64,000 bases of DNA from Sedimentisphaerales bacterium (GTDB lineage: Bacteria; Planctomycetota; Phycisphaerae; Sedimentisphaerales; Anaerobacaceae), in NCBI GenBank assembly GCA_040772485.1, contig JAXGYC010000009.1, forward strand, positions 482,801-546,800, in the 5' to 3' direction. The notes beneath the pieces were generated by a model. The model was not told where the DNA came from and did no database searches. It was given only the letters and a program-made list of their open reading frames with translations. Positions 37,124 to 47,417 of this stretch are shown here, piece by piece. The position numbers and the translations under genes are program-made. The first letter of the stretch is position 1; the number at the start of each line of letters is the position of its first letter.

Positions 37124-38497
37124 ATGAGCGATCTGAACCGCAGAGATTTCATCAAAACGAGCGCCGCCGCGGGAATAGGTATTTCCCTTCCAACTCTGGT
37201 GCCGTCGCTGGCCAGTGCGGGCCTTTTCCGGAGCAAACGGACCAGCTTGATCGAATTCAAGGTGCCGGCCATCGAGAACGTGAGAATCGGGTTCGTCGGC
37301 GTTGGCGGGATGGGATCGGCCCACGTGCGGAACCTGCTGAAGATCGAAGGTTGCCAGATCACGGCGGTCTGCGATATCGTTCCTGAGAGGGTCGAGCGCG
37401 TCCAGAAATGGGTCGAGGAGGCGGGTTTTCCCAAGCCGACCGGATACACGCGCGGGGACTGGGACTTCAAGCGGCTCTGCGAGACGGAGGACCTCGATCT
37501 GGTCTATACCGCCACGCCCTGGGAGTGGCACACGCCGGTTCTGCTGGAGGCGATGAAGAACGGCAAGCACGGCGCTACGGAGGTCAATGCGGCGTTCAAC
37601 GTCGAAGATTGCTGGAAACTGGTCGAGACCGCCGAGAAGACCCAAAGGCATTGCGTCCTGATGGAGAACTGCTGCTACGACCGCACCGAGATGCAGATCC
37701 TCAACATGGTCAAGCAGGGCCTGTTCGGCGAGCTACTTCACGGCGAATGCGGCTATCTGCACGATTTGCGCGGCGTCAAGTTCTCCGAGGGAGGCGAAGG
37801 CCTCTGGCGCCGCAACTGGGCCATGACCCACGACTGCAACCTGTATCCGACGCACGGTCTGGGCCCGATCGCCCAGTGCATGGACATCAACCGGGGCGAC
37901 GCCTTCGACTATCTCGTCTCGGTCAGCAGCAACTCGCGGGGCCTGTACGAATACGCGGCCGAGCACTATCCGGCTGACGACCCCAGACGCAAAGAGACGT
38001 ACAAGCTTGGCGACGTCAACACCAGCGTCATTCGCACCAAGCTGGGCAAGACCATCATCGTCAAGCACGACACCAACGTGCCCCGGCCGTACAGCCGCGA
38101 CATCCTCGTCCAGGGCACCAAGGGAATCGTCCGCAAGTATCCCGAAGAGAAAGTGCACATCGAGGGCAAGACTCAGGGCCACGACTGGGAAGACCTTGGC
38201 AAATACCGCAGCGCCGAGATGGACTACGACCATCCGCTGTGGAAGGCGATGCAGGAGCGAGCCAAAGGCGCCGGTCACGGCGGCATGGACTTCATCGAGG
38301 ACTTCCGTCTGATCGAAGCCCTTCGGATGGGCCGTCCGACGGACATCGACGTCTACGATGCGGTGGCCTGGTCTGCGGTCGTGGGGCTCTCGCAGAAGTC
38401 CGTTGCCAAGAACGGCCGACCGATGGACTTCCCTGACTTCACGCGCGGGCAGTGGAAGAATCCCAGGGAACTGCATGTCATGCAGTTCAAAGCATAG
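37124..38497 (+). CDS. GH109 alpha-N-acetylgalactosaminidase-like Gfo/Idh/MocA protein, Tat-exported
   Basis: NRRDFIK; ATPWEWH; MENCCY; YLHDLR; NLYPTHGLGP; GHGGMD. Confidence 0.88.
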   Translation: MSDLNRRDFIKTSAAAGIGISLPTLVPSLASAGLFRSKRTSLIEFKVPAIENVRIGFVGVGGMGSAHVRNLLKIEGCQITAVCDIVPERVERVQKWVEEAGFPKPTGYTRGDWDFKRLCETEDLDLVYTATPWEWHTPVLLEAMKNGKHGATEVNAAFNVEDCWKLVETAEKTQRHCVLMENCCYDRTEMQILNMVKQGLFGELLHGECGYLHDLRGVKFSEGGEGLWRRNWAMTHDCNLYPTHGLGPIAQCMDINRGDAFDYLVSVSSNSRGLYEYAAEHYPADDPRRKETYKLGDVNTSVIRTKLGKTIIVKHDTNVPRPYSRDILVQGTKGIVRKYPEEKVHIEGKTQGHDWEDLGKYRSAEMDYDHPLWKAMQERAKGAGHGGMDFIEDFRLIEALRMGRPTDIDVYDAVAWSAVVGLSQKSVAKNGRPMDFPDFTRGQWKNPRELHVMQFKA

Positions 38498-38539
38498 GAA
38501 CCGATTCTGCATCGCGGCCGACCGGCCGGAGGTGTGCCG

Positions 38540-39376
38540 ATGAAGATCAGTGCAAGCTATTGGATGTTCGAAGGGGGCCTGGAGGCGGCGCTTCCCGTGG
38601 CCGATGCAATGGCCCAGGCCAAGGAACTGGGCTTCGACGCGATCGAGCTGGGTATTGCCAGCCAGGGCGTGCTGACGCACCAGGCCACAGTGGCTCAGTG
38701 CGAACAGATCGTGGCCCAGGCGAAGAAACTGGGGATCGAAATCGCCGGCGTCGCCAGCGGCGAGAGCTGGGGCAGTTCGCCATCGGACGACGATCCGGCA
38801 GTCCGCGACAGGATCGTCGACTTCACGAAGAAAGCGCTCCAGGTGACCAGGTGGCTCGGGACCGACGCCTATCTGTTCGTTCCGGGAGCGGTCGACGTCT
38901 TCTTTCTGGAGAAGAGCCCGGTCGTGCCGTATGACGTGTGCTACAAGCGGGCCAAGGAGGCGGTCTCGCAACTGGCTCCGACCGCCCAGAAGCTTGGCGT
39001 CACGCTCGCCATCGAGAACGTCTGGAACAAGTTCCTGCTGAGCCCGCTGGAGATGCGCGACTTCATCGACAGCTTCCGATCGAAAACGGTAGGGGCTTAC
39101 TTCGATGTGGGCAACGTCCTGCTGACCGGCTATCCCGACCAGTGGATCCGGATTCTGGGCAAGCGGATCGCCCGCGTTCACGTCAAGGATTTCAAGAGGT
39201 CGGTTGGCACCGCCGAGGGTTTCGTCGACCTGTTGGAAGGCGATGTGGATTTCGAGGCGGTCAAGGCGGCGCTGGGCGAGATCGGCTACGACGGCTATGT
39301 TACCGCCGAGATGCTCCCGTATCAGCCGGGCCGGCCGCAGAAGACGGCCGCCGCGATGAAGAAGATCTTCAAGTAG
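38540..39376 (+). CDS. Sugar phosphate isomerase/epimerase (xylose-isomerase-like TIM barrel)
   Basis: AIENVWNKFLLSP, YFDVGN, HVKDF, GYDGYVTAE. Confidence 0.88.
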   Translation: MKISASYWMFEGGLEAALPVADAMAQAKELGFDAIELGIASQGVLTHQATVAQCEQIVAQAKKLGIEIAGVASGESWGSSPSDDDPAVRDRIVDFTKKALQVTRWLGTDAYLFVPGAVDVFFLEKSPVVPYDVCYKRAKEAVSQLAPTAQKLGVTLAIENVWNKFLLSPLEMRDFIDSFRSKTVGAYFDVGNVLLTGYPDQWIRILGKRIARVHVKDFKRSVGTAEGFVDLLEGDVDFEAVKAALGEIGYDGYVTAEMLPYQPGRPQKTAAAMKKIFK

Positions 39377-39403
39377 ACCATTTCTGTCCAAAGGGAGAGT
39401 ACC

Positions 39404-40420
39404 ATGACCAGAGTGGGTATCATCGGTTTGGGCTTCATGGGCAAGATGCACTTTCGCTGCTACCGGGCGCTGGCGGGCGTGAAGGTCGTGGCGATCTGTG
39501 ACACCGACAAGGCCAAGTTCCGGGACACTGGCGGCACCGCCGGGAACATCCAGGGCGCCGAAGCGCCGCTGGATTTCACAGGGGTCGGCCTCTACGACAA
39601 CTTCAACAGGATGCTGGCCGAGGCGAATCTCGACATCCTCTCGGTGACCCTGCCGACCTATCTGCACAAGAGATACGCCGTCAAGGCACTGAAGGCCGGC
39701 GTCAACGTCTTGTGCGAGAAGCCTTTAGCGATGACGGTGGCGGACGGCGAGAAGATCGTCGCAGCCGCCAAGGAGAGCGGCAAACTCCTCCAGGTGGGCC
39801 ACTGCATTCGATTCTGGCCGGAATACGCCAAGACCAAGGAGATCATCGATTCCGGCAAGTATGGCAAGGTGCTGGCCGCGACGTTCCAGCGGCTGAGCCT
39901 GACGCCGACGTGGTCGTGGGACAACTGGCTGATGGACCCGGCCAAGAGCGGCTCAGCGGCGCTGGATCTGCACATCCACGATTCCGACTACGTGCAGTAC
40001 GTGTTCGGGATGCCGAAGGCGGTCTTCAGCCGTGCGGCGGGCGGTCCGGCGGGCCAGTTCGATCACATCGTTACGCAGTACCTCTACGACAACGATTGCG
40101 TCGTGACCGCCGAGGGCGGATGGGCCATGACGCCGGGATTCGGATTCGAGATGAGCTTCAACGTCGTGCTCGAAAAAGCCACCATCAGCTATGACTGCAC
40201 GTGCCAGCCGGCGTTCAATGTCGCCCCGATCCGCGGCGAGGCCTTCACGCCCAAGATCGCCTCGGGCGACGGCTACTCCAACGAGATCGTGCACTTCGTC
40301 AAGGCCGTTCGAGGCAAGAGCGTCCCGGCGGTCATCACGCCGGCCCAATCGGTCGATTCGCTCCGGCTCGTGCTGGCGGAGAAGCGGTCCGCCGCGTCCG
40401 GTCGCAAGGTCACGATTTGA
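39404..40420 (+). CDS. Gfo/Idh/MocA family NAD(P)-dependent oxidoreductase
   Basis: IIGLGFMG, LPTYLH, CEKP, DLHIHD. Confidence 0.9.
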   Translation: MTRVGIIGLGFMGKMHFRCYRALAGVKVVAICDTDKAKFRDTGGTAGNIQGAEAPLDFTGVGLYDNFNRMLAEANLDILSVTLPTYLHKRYAVKALKAGVNVLCEKPLAMTVADGEKIVAAAKESGKLLQVGHCIRFWPEYAKTKEIIDSGKYGKVLAATFQRLSLTPTWSWDNWLMDPAKSGSAALDLHIHDSDYVQYVFGMPKAVFSRAAGGPAGQFDHIVTQYLYDNDCVVTAEGGWAMTPGFGFEMSFNVVLEKATISYDCTCQPAFNVAPIRGEAFTPKIASGDGYSNEIVHFVKAVRGKSVPAVITPAQSVDSLRLVLAEKRSAASGRKVTI

Positions 40421-40450
40421 AGGGAATCTTCCACAGATAGGGGATAGCGC

Positions 40451-42256
40451 ATGCTGCTGGAACCAGTCGATTGGGCGTGCATCTTCGCGTTCTTTGCGGT
40501 GTCATTGATCGTCGGTCTGGCGGTGGCCCGGCGGGCCGGCAAGAGTAGCTCGGAGTTCTTCCTTTCCGGTCGCGATATGCCGTGGTGGCTGCTCGGCATG
40601 AGCATGGTCGCCACCACGTTCTCCACGGATACGCCCAATCTCGTGACGGACCTGGTCCGTCAGAACGGCGTCGCCGGCAACTGGGCCTGGTGGGCCTTCC
40701 TGTTGACGGGCATGCTGACGGTCTTCGTCTATGCGAAGCTCTGGCGGCGCTCGAAGGTCCTGACCGATATCGAGTTCTACGAGATTCGCTACAGCGGGCG
40801 CAGCGCCGCCTTTCTGCGCGGCTTCCGCTCGCTCTACCTGGGGGTCTTTTTCAACATCATGGTGATGGCCATGGTCTCGCTGGCCGCGATCAAGATCGGC
40901 GGGGTCATGCTGAACCTCAAGCCGATCGAGACTATCGCCATCGCAGCGGTGATCACAATGGTTTTCAGTGCTATGGGCGGCCTGCGCAGCGTGCTGCTGA
41001 CGGATTTTCTGCTGTTCATCATCGCGATGGCCGGCGCCGTTGCAGCGGCGGTGATTGCCGTGCGCCACGAGGCGATCGGCAGCCTGGCGAACTTGCTCGA
41101 TCATCCGGCGGTTCAGGGCAAGCTGTCGATCCTTCCGCCCTTTGACTTCAGCAGCAAGGAAAGCGCGAATCTGCTGGTGTCGGTTTTTCTGATTCCGCTG
41201 GCGGTCCAGTGGTGGAGCGTCTGGTATCCCGGCGCCGAGCCCGGCGGCGGGGGCTACATCGCCCAGCGCATGCTGGCGGCCAAGAACGAGAAGCACGCGG
41301 TGGGCGCGACGTTCTTCTTCAACGTGGCCCACTACGCCCTGCGGCCGTGGCCCTGGATCATTGTGGCGCTGGCTTCACTGGTCGTCTTCCCGACGCTCGA
41401 TTCGCTGCGTCAGGCGTTCCCCAACGTCGATCCCAGCATTGTCAAGCACGATCTGGCTTACCCGGCGATGCTGACCTTCCTGCCGCACGGGCTGCTCGGC
41501 GTGGTGCTGGCCTCGCTCATCGCGGCCTACATGTCCACCATCTCGACGCACCTGAACTGGGGTTCGTCGTACGTGGTCAACGACTTCTACAAGCGATTCA
41601 TCGATCCGCAGGCCTCCGAGAAGACGCTGGTTCGCGTAGGCCGCATCTCGACCGTCCTGCTGATGGTGGGCGCCGCCGTGCTGGCCCTCGGCCTCCAGAG
41701 CGCCGTGGAAGCGTTTCAGATCCTGCTCCAGATTGGCGCCGGGACGGGCCTGATCTTTATCCTGCGCTGGTTCTGGTGGCGGATCAACGCCTGGAGTGAG
41801 ATCACGGCGATGGTCGTTTCCTTCCTGGTGGCCTGCTGGTTCCAGTTCGTGCACGTTCAGGTCGGACTGCCGGCTCTGGAGAGCTGGCAGACGCTGGTGC
41901 TCGGGGTGGCGATTACCACGGCTGCCTGGCTTGCGGTGACCTTCCTGACCCGGCCCACCGAACGTCAGACCCTGGTGCGTTTCTGCGAGCTGGTGCATCC
42001 TGGCGGACCCGGCTGGGCCGCCGTCGTCCGCGACCCCGCGTTCCAGGCGAGCAAGACCGCGTCTGATCCATCGGCCTGGGACGTGCCGCGAGGGATTCTC
42101 TGCATGGTGCTCGGCTGCGTCGTTGTGTATGCCTCGCTGTTTGCCATCGGCTCGTGGATCTACGCCAACTACATGCCGGCGATCATCCTTACGATTGCCG
42201 CCCTTGTCGCCGCCGCTCTGCTGATCAAGGTCTGGAGCCGACTCCAGATGGAATAG
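40451..42256 (+). CDS. Sodium:solute symporter family protein
   Basis: FFLSGRDMPWWLLGMSMVATTF, GGLRSVLLTD, YIAQRMLAAK, AAYMST; about 14 TM segments. Confidence 0.92.
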   Translation: MLLEPVDWACIFAFFAVSLIVGLAVARRAGKSSSEFFLSGRDMPWWLLGMSMVATTFSTDTPNLVTDLVRQNGVAGNWAWWAFLLTGMLTVFVYAKLWRRSKVLTDIEFYEIRYSGRSAAFLRGFRSLYLGVFFNIMVMAMVSLAAIKIGGVMLNLKPIETIAIAAVITMVFSAMGGLRSVLLTDFLLFIIAMAGAVAAAVIAVRHEAIGSLANLLDHPAVQGKLSILPPFDFSSKESANLLVSVFLIPLAVQWWSVWYPGAEPGGGGYIAQRMLAAKNEKHAVGATFFFNVAHYALRPWPWIIVALASLVVFPTLDSLRQAFPNVDPSIVKHDLAYPAMLTFLPHGLLGVVLASLIAAYMSTISTHLNWGSSYVVNDFYKRFIDPQASEKTLVRVGRISTVLLMVGAAVLALGLQSAVEAFQILLQIGAGTGLIFILRWFWWRINAWSEITAMVVSFLVACWFQFVHVQVGLPALESWQTLVLGVAITTAAWLAVTFLTRPTERQTLVRFCELVHPGGPGWAAVVRDPAFQASKTASDPSAWDVPRGILCMVLGCVVVYASLFAIGSWIYANYMPAIILTIAALVAAALLIKVWSRLQME

Positions 42257-42326
42257 ACCGGCATGGCAGGCAATCCCCTGTATGGCGATGGGACATTCTG
42301 TTGAGAGACGATGAACGGGAGATGCG

Positions 42327-43916
42327 ATGGAAACGGACTTCGCCAAGCTCGGTTTCAGCACGAGTTTCACGGTCCTTGACTGGTGCATTCTCATTGGGTA
42401 TCTGGTTGCCGTCGTCAGTATCGGCGTCTACATCCGCAAGTACGTGGCCAGCGCCACGGACTTCATGGTCGCCGGTCGCGGGCTCAAGACGTTCCTGGCC
42501 ATCGCGACGATGATCGGGACGGAGCTGGGCCTGGTGACGGTGATGTACTCGGCTCAGAAGGGCTTCACGGGCGGGTTCGCCGCCTTCCATATCGCTTTTG
42601 CGGCGGCCATCGTTACGCTCTTTGTAGGTCTGTCCGGCTTCATCGTGGTTCCGCTGCGCCGCCTGAACGTGATGACGATCCCGGAGTTCTACGAGAAGCG
42701 CTTCGGTAGAGACGTTCGCATCCTCGGCGGCGCCATCCTGGCGTTCTCGGGTATCCTGAACATGGGGCTGTTCCTCAAGGCCGGCTCGCTGTTCGTAATG
42801 GGCGTGACCGGGATGGCCTCGGAGGTCCATTTGAAGATCGTCATGACCGTGCTGCTGTGCCTGGTTCTGCTGTATACGACCCTCGGCGGCATGGTCTCGG
42901 TGGTTGTTCTCGACTACATCCAGTTCGTGGTGCTGGCGTTCGGGCTGGTGATCGCCAGCGTCCTGTCGATCCGGCATCTGGGCTGGACCAACATCGTCGA
43001 GACGGTGACGCGCGAGATGGGGGATAGCGGCTTCAATCCCTTTGACGAGGCGGGTTTCGGCTGGTCCTACGTGCTGTGGATGTTCTTCATGGGACTGGTC
43101 AGTTGCGCCGTCTGGCAGACCGCCGTGATCCGTGCCTGTTCGGCCAAGGACACCGCGACGGTTCGGAAGATGTACTGCCTCTCGTCGATCGGCTTTCTGA
43201 TCCGCTTCTTGATTCCCTACTTCTTCGGGATCTGCGCTCTGGTGTTCATCGCCAACAGTCCTTCGCTTCGAACCGTGTTCCTTTCGGCCGAGGGCAAGGC
43301 GAATCCCGACCTGTCTTTGCGGGCGATGCCGTTCTATCTGAGCCAGATCCTGCCCACAGGCATTATTGGCATTGTTACGGCCGGGATGCTGGCTGCCTTC
43401 ATGTCCACGCACGACAGCTATCTTCTGTGCTGGAGCTCGGTCCTGACGCAGGACGTCGTCGCTCCCTGGTTCAAGAAGGACCTTTCGTCGAAGGCGCGGC
43501 TCCTGCTGACCCGCATTTTCATCATTGGCATCGGCATCTTCATCCTGGTTTGGGGGCTGTGGTTTCCACTCCGGCAAGACCTGTGGGATTACATGGCCAT
43601 CTCCGGAGCCATCTACTCCATCGGCGGCTTCACTCTTCTGGCGTTCGGCCTATATTGGAAGAGAGCCAGTCGCACGGGCGCCTATCTGGCCCTCTTCAGT
43701 GGCATCCTGGCCATCCTGGGACTGTCGAAGGTGCAGGAATTGTGTGCGCCGATGCTGGCGCCGATCAAGGCGCGGTTCCGCATCGAGGGCGACATCTCCA
43801 GCGCGGTGATTGGCCTGTTGGTTCTCGTTCTGGCGATCCTGCTGATGATTGCCGGCTCGCTGTTGTGGCCGGATCGAGAACGGAACCGTTATCACGCCGA
43901 GCGTAAGGAGTCATAG
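42327..43916 (+). CDS. Sodium:solute symporter family protein
   Basis: DFMVAGR, MTIPEFYEKRF, GGMVSVVVLD, LAAFMSTHDS. Confidence 0.92.
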   Translation: METDFAKLGFSTSFTVLDWCILIGYLVAVVSIGVYIRKYVASATDFMVAGRGLKTFLAIATMIGTELGLVTVMYSAQKGFTGGFAAFHIAFAAAIVTLFVGLSGFIVVPLRRLNVMTIPEFYEKRFGRDVRILGGAILAFSGILNMGLFLKAGSLFVMGVTGMASEVHLKIVMTVLLCLVLLYTTLGGMVSVVVLDYIQFVVLAFGLVIASVLSIRHLGWTNIVETVTREMGDSGFNPFDEAGFGWSYVLWMFFMGLVSCAVWQTAVIRACSAKDTATVRKMYCLSSIGFLIRFLIPYFFGICALVFIANSPSLRTVFLSAEGKANPDLSLRAMPFYLSQILPTGIIGIVTAGMLAAFMSTHDSYLLCWSSVLTQDVVAPWFKKDLSSKARLLLTRIFIIGIGIFILVWGLWFPLRQDLWDYMAISGAIYSIGGFTLLAFGLYWKRASRTGAYLALFSGILAILGLSKVQELCAPMLAPIKARFRIEGDISSAVIGLLVLVLAILLMIAGSLLWPDRERNRYHAERKES

Positions 43917-43917
43917 T

Positions 43918-44091
43918 ATGGACTGGGTGAAGATCTGGACGTTCTTTTTCTTTCTGAGTCTTGGCCTTTTTACCGCGCTGACGGTGGTCGTGGCGATCGG
44001 AGGCTTTTTCAACATCCGCTCGTTGTTCAAGGACCTGTCCGAAGCCAGACGCGGGCACGGCCCCCAGAGCGATTCGCGCACAGAAGTCTGA
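43918..44091 (+). CDS. Small membrane protein, probable SSS accessory subunit
   Basis: Starts 1 nt after the SSS stop; single TM MDWVKIWTFFFF..GGFFNIRSLF. Confidence 0.65.
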   Translation: MDWVKIWTFFFFLSLGLFTALTVVVAIGGFFNIRSLFKDLSEARRGHGPQSDSRTEV

Positions 44092-44367
44092 ATCGTCGCG
44101 ATGTCACCACGTCCGCCGGATTTCGCGGAAGGCCTGCCTTGTCTTCAGTCCCGCCACACTTCTTGTCGGGCTGCCAGTCGGTCGGAGAATCCAGTATGTC
44201 TCTATAAGGAATTTCCTGACGCAAGTTTCTGCTCCGTTCTGCCGATACAGGCAAGATAGTTCACAACGTTGCGGAGAACCTCCGTTGCACGGGGCTGCGG
44301 ATTGGCCCTTTTGTTCTCGGCCTGATGACGAAAATGGGATGCGTACCCAGGGACAGAGGACGACAAA

Positions 44368-44850
44368 ATGCGGATTCTGATTGTGGACGATCACTTCGGC
44401 ATGCGGCAGACCCTGGTTCGTGTTTTTCACGAAGCGGTGGAGATGCAGGTGGTGGGCGAGGCGGCCGACGGCTGCGAGGCGGTGGAACGGGCCAGGGAAT
44501 TGAAGCCCGATGTCGTGGTCATGGACGTCGAAATGCCCCGACTCGACGGAATCGGCGCGACCCGCCAGATCCTTGCCGAACAACCGGATGTGCGAATCAT
44601 CGGCCTGTCGACCCATCATTCACACGTTTACGTCAGGGCCATGCTTGCCGCCGGAGCGTGTGCCTACGTGCTCAAGGACGAAATGCTCCCCGATCTGATC
44701 GAGGCGGTCGAGGCGGCTGCCGACAGACAAACCTATCTCAGCCCTTCGCTGACGAGCTGCCTTCCCCCGGAGATTCTGTTTGCCTGGCCGCGCGAGGCCT
44801 GCTGTAATGAGGCCAAGGCCGTGCGAGCCGAGCGGCCGGCCGGCTTGTGA
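44368..44850 (+). CDS. NarL-like response regulator, receiver domain only
   Basis: ILIVDDH, DVVVMDVEMP..DG, GA.AYVLK, YLSP; no HTH. Confidence 0.85.
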   Translation: MRILIVDDHFGMRQTLVRVFHEAVEMQVVGEAADGCEAVERARELKPDVVVMDVEMPRLDGIGATRQILAEQPDVRIIGLSTHHSHVYVRAMLAAGACAYVLKDEMLPDLIEAVEAAADRQTYLSPSLTSCLPPEILFAWPREACCNEAKAVRAERPAGL

Positions 44851-44890
44851 GCATCGGCGTACCGTTGTCGACCAGGAGGAGAAGAACCTC

Positions 44891-45898
44891 ATGCGGCATT
44901 CCCGTATGTCAGCGACTGTCTGGGGAGTGTGCATCGCTCTCTTGTGGCTGTGGAGCGCGCCCTGTCCGGGCCAGCGCCTCATCACCAATCCTGTTGCTCC
45001 CGAGGGTCATGATCCGTGGGTCATGCAGTTCGGGGGCGTGTATCACTACTGCTACTCGCACAAAGGCGCGATCTGGGTCAACAGCGGGCGGCGGATCGAG
45101 AACGCGGTTGAGTTCGAGGGCAGGCAGGTCTGGCGACCGGCGCGCGGCATGCCGTATTCGCGAGAGCTCTGGGCGCCGGAGCTGCATCGGCTCCAGGATC
45201 GGTGGTACATTTACGTCGCGGCCGATGACGGGAACAACGAGAACCATCGCATGTACGTTCTCCAGGCGGACAGCGACGATCCGGCGGGAAGCTACACGAT
45301 CCGCGGGAAGATCGCCGATCCCTTGGACAAATGGGCCATCGACGGGACGGTGATGTCGTACGAGGGCCGGCTCTACTTCATCTGGTCGGGCTGGGAAGGC
45401 GACACGAACATCGCACAGAATCTCTACATCGCGCTCATGAAAGACCCGCTTTCGATCGACGGGCCCCGATCGCTGCTATCGAAGCCCGAATACGATTGGG
45501 AGCAGATCGGCAAGCCGCTGGTCAACGAGGGTCCGCAGGTGCTCATGCATGAGGGTGATGTCTTCGTCATCTACTCCGCCAGCGGAAGCTGGACGGACAA
45601 CTACTGCCTGGGGCAACTGAAACTGGTCGGCGACGATCCGCTGGACCCGGCGTCGTGGCAGAAGAAGAACACCCCCGTGTTCGGTTCGACCGCCACGGTC
45701 TTCAGTCCGGGCCATGCGTCTTTCGCCCGCAGCCCCGACGGCAGCGAGGATTGGATCATCTACCACGCCGCCAAGCGCCAGGGCGCCGGCTGGGACCGCA
45801 ATACCCGGATGCAGCGTTTCACCTGGGACGTCGAGGGCAATCCGTGCTTCGGCTATCCGGTCTCCGAAGGCGTGCCGATTGCGGCGCCGTCGGAATGA
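44891..45898 (+). CDS. Glycoside hydrolase family 43, secreted
   Basis: HDPW, WAPE, WAIDG, VNEGP, PGHASF; signal peptide. Confidence 0.9.
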   Translation: MRHSRMSATVWGVCIALLWLWSAPCPGQRLITNPVAPEGHDPWVMQFGGVYHYCYSHKGAIWVNSGRRIENAVEFEGRQVWRPARGMPYSRELWAPELHRLQDRWYIYVAADDGNNENHRMYVLQADSDDPAGSYTIRGKIADPLDKWAIDGTVMSYEGRLYFIWSGWEGDTNIAQNLYIALMKDPLSIDGPRSLLSKPEYDWEQIGKPLVNEGPQVLMHEGDVFVIYSASGSWTDNYCLGQLKLVGDDPLDPASWQKKNTPVFGSTATVFSPGHASFARSPDGSEDWIIYHAAKRQGAGWDRNTRMQRFTWDVEGNPCFGYPVSEGVPIAAPSE

Positions 45899-45918
45899 TC
45901 CGTTGCCCGGTTCGCGCG

Positions 45919-46383
45919 TCAGTAGCCGCGTCGGCCTCCCGCCACCTGCACGGCCATGAGGTTGTCGCGGACCCGCGTGTTGGCCGGGTTGACCTGGGCA
46001 GCTCTCCCCAGCCACTCGATGGCCTGATCGAATCGACCGGCCTGGGCGTGCTCGACCCCGATCGACATGAGGCAGACCTCGTCCCAAGGCGCCAACTGCG
46101 AGATCTCCCGATACAGCGCGATGGCCTCCGGACCGCTGGTGGCGTCGGCCTTGTCGTACAGCGTGCGAATCTGTTCGAGCTGAGCCAATTCGGTATCCGA
46201 GAGGCGCTTGAGCAGTTGACTTGGAGAATCTGCCTTGGGGAATGTGATCGAGTTGCCCTGGGTTCGAGCCATGCGCTCCATTCGGAGAGCCGCCGCACTG
46301 AATTCGAGCAACCGGCGTTTCTCCTGGTCCGAGAAACTCCCGAAGGCCGTCGGTTTGCCGAGAATACGCTTGAGAAGACTCAC
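45919..46383 (-). CDS. Tetratricopeptide repeat protein
   Basis: RBS GGAGG before GTG; AIALYRE..P, GRFDQAIEWL..NP. Confidence 0.7.
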   Translation of the reverse strand: MSLLKRILGKPTAFGSFSDQEKRRLLEFSAAALRMERMARTQGNSITFPKADSPSQLLKRLSDTELAQLEQIRTLYDKADATSGPEAIALYREISQLAPWDEVCLMSIGVEHAQAGRFDQAIEWLGRAAQVNPANTRVRDNLMAVQVAGGRRGY

Positions 46384-46532
46384 GATTTGTCCCTCCTGCC
46401 TTTCCGAAACCACCGCCTGTGGTGTGCCTGCAAGGGCCAGACGAGCGAAGATCTCGTATCCAAAACATACAAAGAGGCAGGTCTTGCGCCAAAAACACCC
46501 GCCACACGTGACTTGGTTTGGCCGTTCATGGG

Positions 46533-46561
46533 TTGAAGCGCGTGTATCGTCGGCGTATGAT
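46533..46561 (+). promoter_or_regulatory. Sigma70-like promoter for the ykgJ-like/ybaK cluster
   Basis: TTGAAG-N17-TATGAT. Confidence 0.5.
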
Positions 46562-46607
46562 GCCTGTGCCGTTATCAGCACTGAGAACCGCTTCGAGCGA
46601 GGTGCCC

Positions 46608-46859
46608 ATGGAATGCCGCAAGTGCGGGGCCTGCTGTATCGCCCCGTCGATCACCAGCGCCACGCCGGGTATGCCGCAGGGCAAGCCCGCCGGAGTGCGA
46701 TGCCGTCATCTGGACGGCCGCAATTTGTGCGGGCTGTTCGGCCGGCCCGAACGACCGTCGTTCTGCCTCGGCTGGCAGCCGTCACCGGAAATCTGCGGGG
46801 CGAACTTCAATGAAGCGATGGCCAACATCGAAGCACTGGAGGCCCGAACGGCGCAGTAG
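46608..46859 (+). CDS. YkgJ family Cys-cluster (Zn/Fe-chelating) protein
   Basis: CRKCGACC..GKPAGVRC..C.LFGRPERP.FC. Confidence 0.85.
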   Translation: MECRKCGACCIAPSITSATPGMPQGKPAGVRCRHLDGRNLCGLFGRPERPSFCLGWQPSPEICGANFNEAMANIEALEARTAQ

Positions 46860-46892
46860 CAGGGAGACTCGGGACGAAGCCGGAGACGTGCC

Positions 46893-47378
46893 ATGACCAG
46901 GAAGGATTACCCCAAGACCAACGCGATCCGCTGCCTGTTGCAGCACGACATCCCGTTCGAGGTCTTCACATATGCCTACGAGGAAAGGGGCGGCACGCGG
47001 GTTTCGTCCCGCGAGCTGGGTGTTGACGAGCACGCGGTGGTCAAGACCTTGGTCATGGAGACGGACGCCAAGGACCCGCTGATCGTGCTGATGCACGGCG
47101 ACCGCGAGGTCTCCACGAAGCAACTGGCCCGCGTCTTGGGCGTCAAGTCGGTGGCTCCGTGCGAGCCCAAGGTCGCCGACCGACACAGCGGCTACATGGT
47201 CGGCGGGACCAGCCCGTTCGGCACGCGAAGGGCCATGCCGGTCTACGTCGAGCAGACCATCTTCGATCTGCCCCAGATTTACATCAACGCGGGCCGGCGC
47301 GGCATGCTTGCGCGCATCGATCCGAAGGACATGACCCGGGCGCTGACGATTACCTCGGTTCAGGTGGCCATCGAATAG
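46893..47378 (+). CDS. ybaK: Cys-tRNA(Pro) deacylase YbaK/EbsC
   Basis: KTNA, VVKTLV, SGYMVGGTSPFG, NAGRRG. Confidence 0.9.
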   Translation: MTRKDYPKTNAIRCLLQHDIPFEVFTYAYEERGGTRVSSRELGVDEHAVVKTLVMETDAKDPLIVLMHGDREVSTKQLARVLGVKSVAPCEPKVADRHSGYMVGGTSPFGTRRAMPVYVEQTIFDLPQIYINAGRRGMLARIDPKDMTRALTITSVQVAIE

Positions 47379-47417
47379 TCAGGTTGGAGTGTTCGGGCAT
47401 TCGTGGAAGGAGATGCG

